A stretch of DNA of 63,820 nt, counting the filler, from Octopus bimaculoides (lineage: Eukaryota), in assembly GCF_001194135.2 (NCBI RefSeq). It is 5 parts of 5 records of this genome, joined end to end, with 100 filler letters (N's around TTAATTAATTAA, not from the genome) between each part and the next. Parts side by side here need not be neighbours in the genome. Positions count along the whole stretch, not along the records: positions 23,538 to 38,307 come from NC_068989.1; 4 more parts are not named here. One strand, given 5' to 3'. Under the pieces are notes generated by a model. That model was not told the DNA's origin, ran no database searches, and saw only the letters and a program-made list of their open reading frames with translations. Position 1 is the first letter of the stretch. Each line of letters begins with the position of its first letter. Both the position numbers and the translations under genes were made by a program. Of the stretch, positions 25,485-37,476 are shown in pieces.

Positions 25485-25714
25485 CAGCGGTGGTGGTGGT
25501 GATGGTAATATGTGTCCAGATCTAGAAGTCATATTTCAAAACCTTCAGACATACTTTCATATCTTTACATCTCTCTTACTCGTCAACTTGTCTCGACTCA
25601 CTTAACAGCTTCACTTTTACTGCATTCAATACAGTTGTACTTTTGGTCATGTTCCTTTTCATGTCGTGAATGTATTTCTGTCTTCAGTACTTACTGGCAT
25701 AGTAATCAATAAGC

Positions 25715-26232
25715 TAGCCTTTACTGAGTTGATAAATGGCCCGTTACTGAGTCTATAAGGGAGTCATTACTGAGTCAATACGGGAGCCTTTATTGAGTCA
25801 TTAAGAAAACCTTTACTCAGCCAATAAGGGAGTCATTATTGAGTCAATAAGGAAGATTTTACTGAATTAATATTGAAGTAATTTCAAGGCGGTGAGCTGG
25901 CAGAAACGTCAGCACGTCTGGCGAAATGCTTAGCAGTATTTCATGTCTTTATGTTCTGAGTTCAAATTCCGCCGAGGCCGACTTTGCCTTTCATCCTTTC
26001 GAGGTCGATAAATTAGGTACCAGTTGCGTACTAGGGTCGATTTAATCGACTGGCCCCTTCCCCCAAAATTTCGAGCCTTGTGCCTAGAGTAGAAAAGAAT
26101 ATTGAAGTACTTTCATGAATTTTAAGTCAATAAGGAAGTCTTTGGTAGTCAACAAGGTTGTTTTTTCTGAATGAATAAAGTGGTCTTTGCTGGGCGAATA
26201 AGTTAACGATTAGCAAGACAATAAGGGAGCCT
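25715..26232. repeat. Degenerate 23-bp minisatellite (consensus ~TTACTGAGTCAATAAGGGAGTCA), split by a SINE
   Basis: Consecutive 23-mers at 25746-25883 (ttactgagtctataagggagtca, ttactgagtcaatacgggagcct, ttattgagtcattaagaaaacct, ...). More degenerate units follow the SINE. Confidence 0.75.
25887..26097 (+). mobile_element. SINE family A, full length, 18-bp TSD
   Basis: Complete head-to-tail match to the family; TSD AATATTGAAGTAATTTCA 25869-86 / AATATTGAAGTACTTTCA 26098-115. Confidence 0.9.
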
Positions 26233-26598
26233 AATATATATATATATATATGAATGGCGCTATTATTACAAGGTCGGACAAAAATATGTGTTACGATATT
26301 TCTTCTGGTATTTATATTCTGAGATGAAACCCCACCGAGGCCAACTATCAGTTACCCTTTTGGTGTCAATGAAATAAAATATCAGTCCAAGATAGTGAAA
26401 TGGTTAGTGGTATCTGTCCCAGTTCTTAGTGTTCTGACTTCTTAACCTAATCTGTTGTACGGCCTAAGATCAATATGTGGTGAATCCTTGGCTGCGTTTA
26501 GTAAATTTCCCTCATTTTCAAGCGTTCTGATTAAGATTTTCTTCCTCCTCTGCTTGCTGTTACTCCTCCTCCTCGTCCTCGTCCTCCTCCTTCTTCCT

Positions 26599-26635
<37 letters not shown>

Positions 26636-27129
26636 GTCCCCTAGTGTTGGCTATGGTTTTAAACCTAGTATGTTCTTCTCAAGATCGCAGGCCTAGGCAT
26701 TTTTTCTTTTCATTTTCATTTTCATGGAAGACCAGCGGTTGTCATTGCAGAGAGTCCTCCATCTTTAAGCTAACGATATTATTACCCACGGGGACAAGTC
26801 AAAAGCCCTTACAGCATGGCACCAATGTCGTCTCATAAAAAGGGTTAACGCAAAAACTCCAAAACAAATGGCGGAAAAGCATAATTTTTGTCCAACGCTC
26901 TTACAATTCCGCCAAACCACCGTCTTCCTGGATTGTATAAAACAGGGGTAATATTTTGCTATTTTACTATTTACAAATCACACACCCAAACACACACACA
27001 CACACACATACACACACACCGTAGTTCACGGTTTGACACTAGTGCGAATGGATGTTTGAGTGCGTGCCAGAGGGTAAGTACATTATCAAGTCGTGAAAAT
27101 TATTCATCTTAAAACACTGATTTTTCGGT

Positions 27130-27420
27130 CTTCTGTCTACTCTTTTTTTCTTTCTTCCAGTCTTTTCATCTTTCTTCAATTCTTTTCCTTTTCTTTTCCC
27201 ATCGTTTCATTTTTATTTTTTCCTGTCTATCTATTCTTTCTTATTTTCTTCCCTTTTTCTTCCTTTCTGTCTTTCTATCTTTCTTTCTTTCTTCATTCCT
27301 TTCTTTCCTTCTTCCTTTCTTTCTTCTTTCCTCCCTTCCTTTCTTTCTTTCTTCTTTTCTCCCTTCCTCCCTTCCTTTCCTTCGTTCTTTCTTTCGTTCT
27401 TTCCTTCTTTCTTTCTCCAT
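27130..27420. repeat. Long polypyrimidine (CTT/CTTT) low-complexity tract
   Basis: Direct reading. Confidence 0.9.
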
Positions 27421-28955
27421 TATTATTGATATTCTCGTTATTCAGGTTAAGATTGTTGAGAAACAGTCTCTTCTACTCACCTCTTGTTTTTGTGATGTTG
27501 CTGCTGCTGCTGTTGTTGTTGTTGTTGTTGTTGTTATTTTGTTAGCAATTTTGTGTAGGTCGAAGTGTTTCCATGTGAGTAATCCGCAAAGTACGGGCCG
27601 TTAAGGAATTAGTGCGGTTCACCGCTTCCGAGGGTTTAATAGGCGCAGAGTCAACCACATTCATGTATGTATATAGGTATTCAGCTATATGTGACTGTAC
27701 GTGTATGTGTGTGTATTTGTATATGTATATATTTATGCATACATACATGCATTACTGAGTATATTAATAATGGAAAATATCTTCATTATACTTGCTAAAT
27801 ATTTACTTCGAATATTAAAATACGGCTCATTTCTGGTAGCTGGCTTTTAATACATTTTTTTACAATTAATTTCGGAAAAAACAGACATTTTGTAAGATAT
27901 TTTACAGACAAGAAGGTCGTAAAATTTTTATCTATATTTTGAGTGTATTCATATCTTTCCGGTTTTCCTTTTCGTCTTTACCGACCTGCACATAGTCAAT
28001 GTTATTTTTTCACAATTCTCCCTTACGTTTTATTGTAAACGTGAGGTAGTCTGGAAACACGAGTTAATGTCCAGAGAAAATATATGAATATATCCACATA
28101 CTTGTTTTAATATGTATATCTATCATTGATTTTCGAGTGTCTTTCTGCTTTAGCTATTTTCATATTTTAAAACATACACACAGGCGCATACACAGTCACA
28201 CAAACACACGTACGCACACACATTCACATGCACACACACATTCACATGTACAAATGCACACATACACATTGTAAAATGCCAAAATTTCGTATTCCTCTTT
28301 TCTTTTCTGGTTTCCTCACTTTCTGTCATGGTATGAGGATGTGAGAGGAGAAAGCAGTGGTTGTGCTGAAAGTGGTGGAAAAGAGTGAAATAAAATATAA
28401 TAAAAGGAGGTGTATTAGACAGATAAAAATATAGATAGAAGACTGATAGAGTCTGAGGAGAGAAAGAGAGAGAGTCAGACAGACAGAAAGAAAAAGAGTG
28501 ACATAGAATTTGTGTGTACAGCTGTGCTTGAGTTTAATTTTGTATTTAAGATTTTTCACGTTTTCTTATTAGTTTTTCAAGGCTGGATTTGAACAATAAT
28601 TTACTAAATTCATTAACGTTCCAAGACCTTTATGGTCTCATCTTCTGATCAAAATAATGATAGTAAGCACGTTGTTTCCGCGTTTTGTGGTTGTCTGTAA
28701 AAGATAAAGGGAATGACATTGTAACTGATAATATAATCAACGCCAGATTAAAAATTGTTTTGTAATTAACGTCTGTTTACTTCCGTAGTTGGTTTTACGT
28801 CTGCTGTATTTCTGTGTTCATCTAGATTTTCTACTTTATTATCCATAAAGCTTACATATGTAATCATCTACTTCTGTTGTTGAATTCTATAAGAACAGGA
28901 GTTTATTATCATCTAATATATTTCTATCTAGTTTTCTTTAATGCTCTATATTACT

Positions 28956-29248
28956 GTGAGGGCACATGGCTTAGTGGTTAGGGTGTTGCACTCATGATTG
29001 CAAGATCGTGGTTTCAATTCAGGGACTGGGTGGTACGTTGTATCCTTGAGCAAAATACATCATCTCACATTGCTCTGCGATCACTCCGACACGTAACGCA
29101 TGGTTCACTGTGCACCTATTGAGGCAACATCGATTTGATGGAGAGAGTGAGCTAACGTAATCACATACATTTGATCCTTATAAAGAAATCATCTGTGCCG
29201 GTCGTTCAGCGAAAGATGAACACTCATGCGTCGTCGTCGACGGGAGAG
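28956..29248 (+). mobile_element. tRNA-derived SINE (family D-like head, distinct tail)
   Basis: Head ggcacatggcttagtggttagggtg..gatcgtggtttcaattc; CORE-like ttgtatccttgagcaaaatacat; possible 9-bp TSD TCTATATTA. Confidence 0.75.
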
Positions 29249-29515
29249 TCTATATTATATTATATTGTTTCTAAGCATTTTTTATTCCTGCTCTGGGGAA
29301 GGCTACCCTATGGTTTTTAGCAAATGCACGGTCAATCGCCGAGAAAGTGTCAAACTTCTGTGCTCAATGTAACATCTTAAGTCACGCAAGCATACATGTA
29401 TACATTGAAATTCCTATATTACATTGGTTAGTTGTATTACATTCTCTGGTTTGCTGGTTTGTAGTTTCATGCTGATGGGAAAGTTTTTAACTCTCTTTGT
29501 TCTTTTTTTGTTGTA

Positions 29516-29780
29516 AAAAAAAAAAAATAATAATGCGCCCTTTTAAAGCCTAGCCAGGCTCATGGGCCTGGTTTCCCGGTTTCAACGGCGTATGCGTTCC
29601 CCGGCTGGACGGGACGCCAGTCCATCACAGCGTTACTCATTTTTGCCAGCTGAATGGACTGGAGCAACGTGAAATGAAGTGTTTTGCTCAAGAACACAAC
29701 GCGTCGCCCCGTCCAGGATTCGAAACAACAATGTTACGATCATGATCTGACACCCTAACCACTAGGCCACGCGCCTCCAC
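29516..29780 (-). mobile_element. tRNA-derived CORE-like SINE family D, full length, 12-bp TSD
   Basis: rc head GTGGAGGCGCGTGGCCTAGTGGTTAGGGTG..GTTTCGAATCC; TSD TTTTTTGTTGTA at 29504-15 and 29781-92. Confidence 0.88.
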
Positions 29781-30014
29781 TTTTTTGTTGTAGTTATTTG
29801 TATTTATTTTGTTACTTTGTCAGAACAAGAATAACGTATTTTGAGATTGTTGATTACTAACAGTAGCGAGTATTTATAATCAATCTTTAGGCCTGTCAGT
29901 CTTCTTAGTTAATTACTGAGTCTACGTACTTAGTATACTTCTGTTAATTTCCGTCGAGCATGTTGACAGAAGCACTATTTTATCCCATTCATTAACAGTA
30001 TTTGTATGCTATTA

Positions 30015-30230
30015 GTTTCAAATTTAGGCACAAGGCCAGCAAGTTAGGTGGTGGTGGTGGTGGTGACGACGGCAGCGGCGGCGGCGGCGGCGGTGGTGGT
30101 GGTGGTGGTGGTGAAAAGTCGAGTACATCGACTCCAGTGCTCAACTACTACGTATTTTATCGACCCTGAAAGGATGAGGAGCAAAGTCGACCCTAACAGA
30201 ATTTGAACTCAGAACATAAAGACGGTCGAA
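30015..30230 (-). mobile_element. SINE family A copy with an expanded (GGT/GGC)n tract inside its tail
   Basis: gagtacatcgactccagt...tttatcgaccc.gaaaggatga..gcaaagtcgac...gaatttgaactcagaac matches family A rc. Confidence 0.8.
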
Positions 30231-30852
30231 GTATTTGTATGACATTGCTACATCATTATGATCTTTCAAAGCTGATAATACCAGGTATTGCTGCTTCTTA
30301 CAGGAACACCGCATGTATGCAAGTTCATTGGCCATTTTTATTTATATATTTCTGTGTATCAGCCTGTCAATTTAGCCATCTACCTGTCTGGCAATCTATT
30401 TATGTCTGTCTATTTTTACCATATCTGACAGTGTCTGTGTGACAGTCTCTCTCCCCCTTCCCCCCTCTCTCTCTCTCTGTTAATTAATATGTCTATGTCT
30501 CTGGCAATCTATTTATCTGTCTCTCAACCTTTTCATCTGCCTGAAAGTCTACCTGTTTGCATTTCTATCTGCGCGGAAGTCTATCTGTCAGCCTATCAAT
30601 ATCATCACTGGCTCTATGATTGCTGATACCCCTGGACAAGATGAATTTGTAGACATATTTTTAGAATGTTTTTTCCAAGGAGTTAACCCTGTAAATGTAC
30701 GGGAAAGGTGTTTATAACAATTTCTTGACTATAGAAATATTTTATTTATTATTCCCCTTTTATTTCGATCTCCCAAACACATGACGCCTCGGTTGACTGG
30801 CTGCTCGAGTTAGCGATACCTTCTGCCGGCTCTGCAGTCTGTCTCCTTTTCC

Positions 30853-30854
<2 letters not shown>

Positions 30855-30946
<92 letters not shown>

Positions 30947-31245
30947 GTCTGTCTGTCTGTCTGTCTGCCTGCCTGCCTACCTGCCTGTCGGTCTATATGG
31001 TAAGCAGTCTATTTGTTTGCCTCTCTACTTGTGTATCGGTTTATATGTCTGTCAGTTCACACACGCGCATACGCATGTATGTATGTATGTATGTATGTAT
31101 GTATGTATGTACGTATGTACGTATGTATGTATGTATGTATGTATTATGTATGTACGTATGTATGTATGTATGTACGTACGTATGTATGTATGTATGTATT
31201 ATGTATGTACGTATGTATGTATGCATGTATGTATGCATGTATGTA
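30855..31245. repeat. Compound (TATC)/(TCTG)/(TATG) microsatellites
   Basis: Direct reading. Confidence 0.95.
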
Positions 31246-31689
31246 TTGTGCTAATCTATTGTCTTCTTGTTTATCTGTTTGTCAGTCTCCATCTACTTTG
31301 CTAGTCGACCTGTCTGCTGGTCTATTTGACAGTCATTCTAAGAAAACAATTTGAGAATGATAGAAATAATTCTTTTGTAAGATATATAAGATATTTTTAA
31401 TGGTGTCGTTGTTATTGCTAATGATATCTCTGTTGAAGCTGTCAGTTTTTCTGTTGTTATTGTTGCTGTTGTTATCTTTGTTGGACTCATTGTTGATGTT
31501 TTTAAATCAGATCTTTGTACACGTGATATCTACATGACATGATCTTCTCTCCGTCACCGCTTCGTTATGTTTATATCATATTGTATATACGCACGCACAC
31601 GCGCGCGTGCGTGTGTGTCTGAGAAACGGTACAGTACCAGCCTAAATACCAACAGCATTTTTGGGGTTTTTTTTATGTTCAAAGATCAA

Positions 31690-32320
31690 GTTACACCATA
31701 GCTGATTATGCTTCATATCCTTCGGAACGGAGTAAGGCAAATAGATGGGTGGAAAGGCAAATTGACCTGGGCCAAGCGAACCGACCCCGTGGACTCTTTT
31801 GACGTAGCGATGGGGGTCTATGACAGCACTGATGTATGCAACCTCATTGGGTTGTACATCCTGGATACTAAAGAAGAAATTCCCCTCTGTCCACTCTGGT
31901 TTCTGCAGAGATGACGTCCTGGCTATCCCTAGAGAAGCTAACGGGTACACCCTAGATAGGCTTAGGAAAGATCTGATTAGCATCCTTAGCTCCAGAGGAC
32001 TGAAAATTAAAATCGGGACCAAATTCACTACCGCGGACTCCTTAGACGTCACGCTCGATTTGGGCCCTGGTGCATACATATTGCAAGCCAAACGAGACCC
32101 TATTGCAAGCCAAAACGAGACCCTATTGCAAGCCAAACGAGAGGTTGGCATATATCAACACAGCCTCCTGGTCAAAGGCGTCAGCAAGAGGATCTCGAAT
32201 CTTTCCTCTAGCCAAAAGATTTTTGACACGTTAGCTCCCTTCTATAATGAAGCTCGAGCTGCTAGCGAGTTTAGGATCAACATTCCGGGCCCTAACACCC
32301 GCAGAAATATCGGGTTGTTT
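31690..32320 (+). mobile_element. Penelope-like RT fragment (same broad type as 8960 and 62558, diverged)
   Basis: SFDVAMGVYDSTDVCNLIGLYIL; GFCRDDVLAI..GYTLDRLRKDLISIL; DSLDVTLDL; KGVSKRISNLSSSQKIF; NTRRNI. Confidence 0.85.
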
Positions 32321-33474
32321 CTACTATTTGAAAATAATATGTATTCTTGTTTTTTATATTATTCATTTGGTTTTTTTAAATATTATTTTTAATAGATAAC
32401 TTATTTAACACTAAATTATTTAGAAGTTAGAGTATCATTTCAACATAATATAAGAACTTCGATTTGAATAGTGTTGATATATTTTCGATTATTTTTGATA
32501 AATAATATTTGATTAATAATTAGTCTTTATTGTTTATAATATCGTTAAAGGTTTTTGTATTAAAACTTAGTATATATATAAAGTTTAATCTTTTATTCTT
32601 AATAATTTTTTTCATTCTTAATTTTTTCATTCATAATTTTTTCATTCATATTTTTATTTTTATTTCTACGTTTGTAGAAATAAGTATTCTTGTATTTTTC
32701 TATTATTCANNNNNNNNNNNNNNNNNNNNNNNNNNNNNNNNNNNNNNNNNNNNNNNNNNNNNNNNNNNNNNNNNNNNNNNNNNNNNNNNNNNNNNNNNNN
32801 NNNNNNNNNNNNNNNNNNNNNNNNNNNNNNNNNNNNNNNNNNNNNNNNNNNNNNNNNNNNNNNNNNNNNNNNNNNNNNNNNNNNNNNNNNNNNNNNNNNN
32901 NNNNNNNNNNNNNNNNNNNNNNNNNNNNNNNNNNNNNNNNNNNNNNNNNNNNNNNNNNNNNNNNNNNNNNNNNNNNNNNNNNNNNNNNNNNNNNNNNNNN
33001 NNNNNNNNNNNNNNNNNNNNNNNNNNNNNNNNNNNNNNNNNNNNNNNNNNNNNNNNNNNNNNNNNNNNNNNNNNNNNNNNNNNNNNNNNNNNNNNNNNNN
33101 NNNNNNNNNNNNNNNNNNNNNNNNNNNNNNNNNNNNNNNNNNNNNNNNNNNNNNNNNNNNNNNNNNNNNNNNNNNNNNNNNNNNNNNNNNNNNNNNNNNN
33201 NNNNNNNNNNNNNNNNNNNNNNNNNNNTACTTTGTTTTATATTATACTCATTTATTGTGCTTTTAATTATTAATTTTTCTATATGTGATAGTGGATTTTC
33301 ATCGATGAGTTCTTGAAACTTGGTTATTTTCCCTAAAACTATATATTTTATATATTTTTTAATCTATAAAGCTCAAATTAATTTTATTTTTTTATAAATT
33401 GATTTTAATTGAGTTTTTACCTGTAATTTTGGATTTTGCCCCTAATATTATTATTATTATATATATATATATAT

Positions 33475-33739
33475 TACTTGTTTCAGTCATTAGACTGCGG
33501 CTACGCTGGGGCAGCGACTTGAAGAGTTTTTAGTCGAAAGAATCAACCCAAGTACATTTTTTAAGCCTCATATTTATTCTCTCGGTCTGCGTTGCTGAAC
33601 TGCAAAGTTACGTTGGACGTAAACAAACCAACACCGGCTGTCAAGCGGTGGGGTGGGGGCAAACGCAGACATTAAAACACACGTGCACATGCACACACGC
33701 ATGTATATTCGCACGTGAGCACACATACACAAACACACA

Positions 33740-33775
<36 letters not shown>

Positions 33776-33880
33776 ATACATACGTATTATATAACCGAAC
33801 GCTTCGGTTATATAAATGCCCCAGCTGCCCAGCAGTGTGACTGAACCTGGAACCATATAGTTGGGAAGCAAACTTCTTTT
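33475..33880 (-). mobile_element. SINE family B with internal microsatellite
   Basis: rc head agtttgcttcccaactatatggttccaggttcagtc; tail gcagtctaatgactgaaacaagtaa. Confidence 0.8.
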
Positions 33881-33996
33881 TGCCAAATCAACTTTAATCA
33901 GGCGGATTAAGATTAAAGTCATTCCCGTCGTAAACAACTCATTTTTTTTTCTTTGTGAAGCATTAACCAATACGTTCTTTTTCTTTTCTTTTAATA

Positions 33997-34138
33997 GGCG
34001 TAGGAGTGGCTGTGTGGTAAATAGCTTGCTTACCAACCACATGTGTGGCATCTTGGGCAAGTGTATTCTACTATAGCCTCGGGCCGACCAAAGCCTTGTG
34101 AGTGGATTTGGTAGACGGAATCTGAAAGTAGACCGTCG

Positions 34139-34209
<71 letters not shown>

Positions 34210-34420
34210 GCATGTGTTTGTGTGTCTGTGTTTGTCCCCCCAACATCGCTTGACAACCGATGCTGGTGTGTTTACGTCCCCGTAACTTAGCGGTTCAGCA
34301 AAAAGAGACCGATAGAATAAGTACTAGGCTTCCAAAGAGTAAGTCCTGGGGGTCGAGTTGCTCGACTAAAGGCGGTGCTCCAGCATGGCCGCAGTCAAAA
34401 GACTGAAACAAGTAAAAGAG
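33997..34420 (+). mobile_element. SINE family B, near full length (B-box segment deleted), internal (TA)(TG)(TATG) microsatellite
   Basis: aggcgtaggagtggctgtgtggtaaatagcttgc...cttgggcaagtg..ggatttggtagacgg...gactgaaacaagtaaaagag. Confidence 0.88.
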
Positions 34421-35892
34421 TATGAGTATGATATTAAAGATTTGGCTGCTATTTCTGACGGGGGTGAACAACGACGTAGGGCCCGGCTCGTTGACCTCTG
34501 TGTGTCTGTGTCTGTGTGTGTGTAAGCGCGCGCGCGAACGGGAGAGAGAGAGGGGGGGAAGAAATTCCAAGAGAGCATGTTTCAGAGAAGTCATCGGAAC
34601 TGAGTGATGAGTCAGTGAGATGTGTGGTTAGTGAAGTGAGGCCCCCACGTTACCACCTGACATCCATCCGTACATGTAAGTAATACTTCCTGTAAATATG
34701 TCCATTTCCGGCGACCAACAATCAAATATTATAAGTCATAAATCCCCACAGTGTAGGGTGGGGGTGGGGTGGATGGGAGATGTGTCAGTTATTAGTCACG
34801 ACTCGTTTTCCACCGGTTTTCTACACCTCCACCACCACCACCACTACTATCGTCGTCATCATCATCATCATTGTCATCATCGTCATCATCGTCGTCGTTA
34901 TCATCATCATCATCATCACTATCATCACAATACTCCATCTATCTACACCTTAATCACCACCACCACCACCCTCACCACCATAACCGTCATTAACAACCAT
35001 TTGCTTTAAATAAATGTTATTAGATGTACGCCAATGATTAAACGTCTTCAGATAGACACCTACTTACATACACACACGCACACACCCACACACACACATA
35101 CACACACACATATACACACACATATACACACACATAAACACACTCGCAGATATAGGCATATACACACGTACCTACCAATAAACGAACATATATATATATA
35201 TATGTTCGTATGCGTGTACATGCACGCGCGTGTGTGTGTGTGTGTGTGTATGCGTTTACTAAATATCAGTAAAGCATCATGATTCAGTCCCCACCAACCC
35301 GCCTCACTTCCGGGAGTCTGGTCTCAACCAAAGCCTCCAGTGTTTCTAATTTCAAGATATCAGAGAAACTGCCATCAGTTGTGTGATCTTCAGGGATTTA
35401 CTTATGCCATAAAATTTTGGAGTATGATGATGATGATGATGATGATGANNNNNNNNNNNNNNNNNNNNNNNNNNNNNNNNNNNNNNNNNNNNNNNNNNNN
35501 NNNNNNNNNNNNNNNNNNNNNNNNNNNNNNNNNNNNNNNNNNNNNNNNNNNNNNNNNNNNNNNNNNNNNNNNNNNNNNNNNNNNNNNNNNNNNNNNNNNN
35601 NNNNNNNNNNNNNNNNNNNNNNNNNNNNNNNNNNNNNNNNNNNNNNNNNNNNNNNNNNNNNNNNNNNNNNNNNNNNNNNNNNNNNNNNNNNNNNNNNNNN
35701 NNNNNNNNNNNNNNNNNNNNNNNNNNNNNNNNNNNNNNNNNNNNNNNNNNNNNNNNNNNNNNNNNNNNNNNNNNNNNNNNNNNNNNNNNNNNNNNNNNNN
35801 NNNNNNNNNNNNNNNNNNNNNNNNNNNNNNNNNNNNNNNNNNNNNNNNNNNNNNNNNNNNNNNNNNNNNNNNNNNNNNNNNNNNNNNNNNNN

Positions 35893-36278
35893 TAACAAGT
35901 AACTGTAGAATATGTAGAGATGGACAAGAAACAATAAATCATATTATCTCTGGCTGCCCAGTCCTGGCTAAGAAGGAATATATTCACAGACACGACAGAG
36001 CTGGGACCTATATACACTGGAAGCTATGCCAACACTATGGAATAACAACAGAAAAAAGATGGTATAAACACACGCCAGAAAAAGTCACAGAAAACAAGAA
36101 AGCAACCATACTCTGGGATATGCCAATACACACAGATAGAGAAATTAAGGAAAATAGACCAGATATAGTTGTCAAAGATCATGAAGGAAAAAAATGCTTT
36201 CTAATTGATGTATCAATACCAGCAGATGACAACGTTTCCCTAAAACAAATGGAGAAACTTTCAAAATACAAAGACCTG
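35893..36278 (+). mobile_element. R4/Dong-like non-LTR retrotransposon fragment: CCHC zinc knuckle plus restriction-like endonuclease
   Basis: CRICRDGQETINHIISGCPVLAKKEYIHRHD...ILWDMPIHTDREIKENRPDIVVKDHEGKKCFLIDVSIPADDNVSLKQMEKLSKYKDL, open throughout. Confidence 0.92.
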
Positions 36279-36420
36279 ACAGGTGCTTTATTTTATAGAC
36301 CCAAGAAGGGTGAAAGTGAAGGCGACATCGGTGGACTTCAAGCTCGAAACGTAAAGAGCCAGACCAAATACTGCAAAGCATTTTGTCCGTCAATCTACCG
36401 ATTCTGCCATTTCACTCACC
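36279..36420 (-). mobile_element. SINE family A (diverged), abutting the LINE fragment
   Basis: rc ggtgagtgaaatggcagaatcggtag..acaaaatgcttt..gtattt...tcgagcttgaagtccaccgatgtcg. Confidence 0.7.
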
Positions 36421-37476
36421 GATAATAATAACCTTATCTCTAATCTTATAAAAGAATCCTCGCGTCTTCAGCATAAAGGTATTTGACTGAACGACTAAAC
36501 ATGGTTCAATGATCTACTGTTCTTTATGTTCCATGGCATTGTCTAGGCGGGGATTAACCTACACACTCGGAATGCATACTGTGTGACTCTTTGCACGGGT
36601 TGTACTCTCTTCATTATCATTAACACATTACCTGTCCTGTGTATTGCATGAAATACACAGGGTATGTTTACCTGGTGTCTGTACATCATATCAGATACAC
36701 ATTCACAATTTTTTTTCAGTTACCAGATTGACTTGGGACATATGAAAGGAAAACTTATATTCTCAGATCGTATGAAACAAAGGCTAATTAAGTCTGAAAA
36801 CATGTATGGACGTAGAGGACAAGTTTATGAAAATTCTTTGGACAGGCAAAGAATTAATAGACATGTTGACGAGGACCTACACTAATGAAAAAAAACTAAA
36901 AGTAAATTTGTAGTATAGAGATGAATTTGTGATTAGTTTATAAAACTAGAAACTTCATATTCCAACCTGTACTGATGAATTGTATGGAGTTCATCCTGGG
37001 TGACATTCTCGATGGTTTGTACCCTCTTGATTATCGCTAATAGACACGTCGAAGGAGATCTACGCTAATAAAAAGAAATTCAATAGAAAATTGAATCTGT
37101 GATCGGTTTACAAAATTAATTAATTATACCAATCATACTCAACTGAAGATATCATGAATTAACATTTTGCCTGTCCTGTGTATCACACGGGACATATTTC
37201 TTTGGCGTCCATGCATCATCATACATGATACACAGTCCAAATTGTTTTCAATTACCAAGAACGTATAAAACAAGGGCCGACTAAAAGTTTGAAAACAAGC
37301 ATGGATGTTTAGGACAAACTCGTGTGAAAATACTTAGGACAGGCAAAGGGCTAACATGTACAAAGTATACGGAACGACATACAAGTGAGTCTCTAAGTGA
37401 TTAACTACTCGAAATAGCAACCAACTCTTTCTAAGAAAGGAAGGTCACGTTGGCCAATATATTACTATATATACAC

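Noticed and set aside
25393-25605. Poly-Gly ORF as a host exon
   Set aside because: Explained by a GGC/GGT microsatellite like the one in the SINE tail at 30050; the flanking codons are not protein-like.
25715-32142. 23-bp and 22-bp repeat arrays as CRISPR arrays
   Set aside because: Units are directly adjacent with no unique spacers, there are no cas genes, and the context is eukaryotic.
33300-33330. TCGATGAGTTCTTGAAAC hammerhead-like motif
   Set aside because: Core starts UCGA, helix II does not pair, and there is no helix I.
34698-35009. Poly-His/Thr ORF as a host exon
   Set aside because: A CAT/CAC microsatellite mosaic with no other support.
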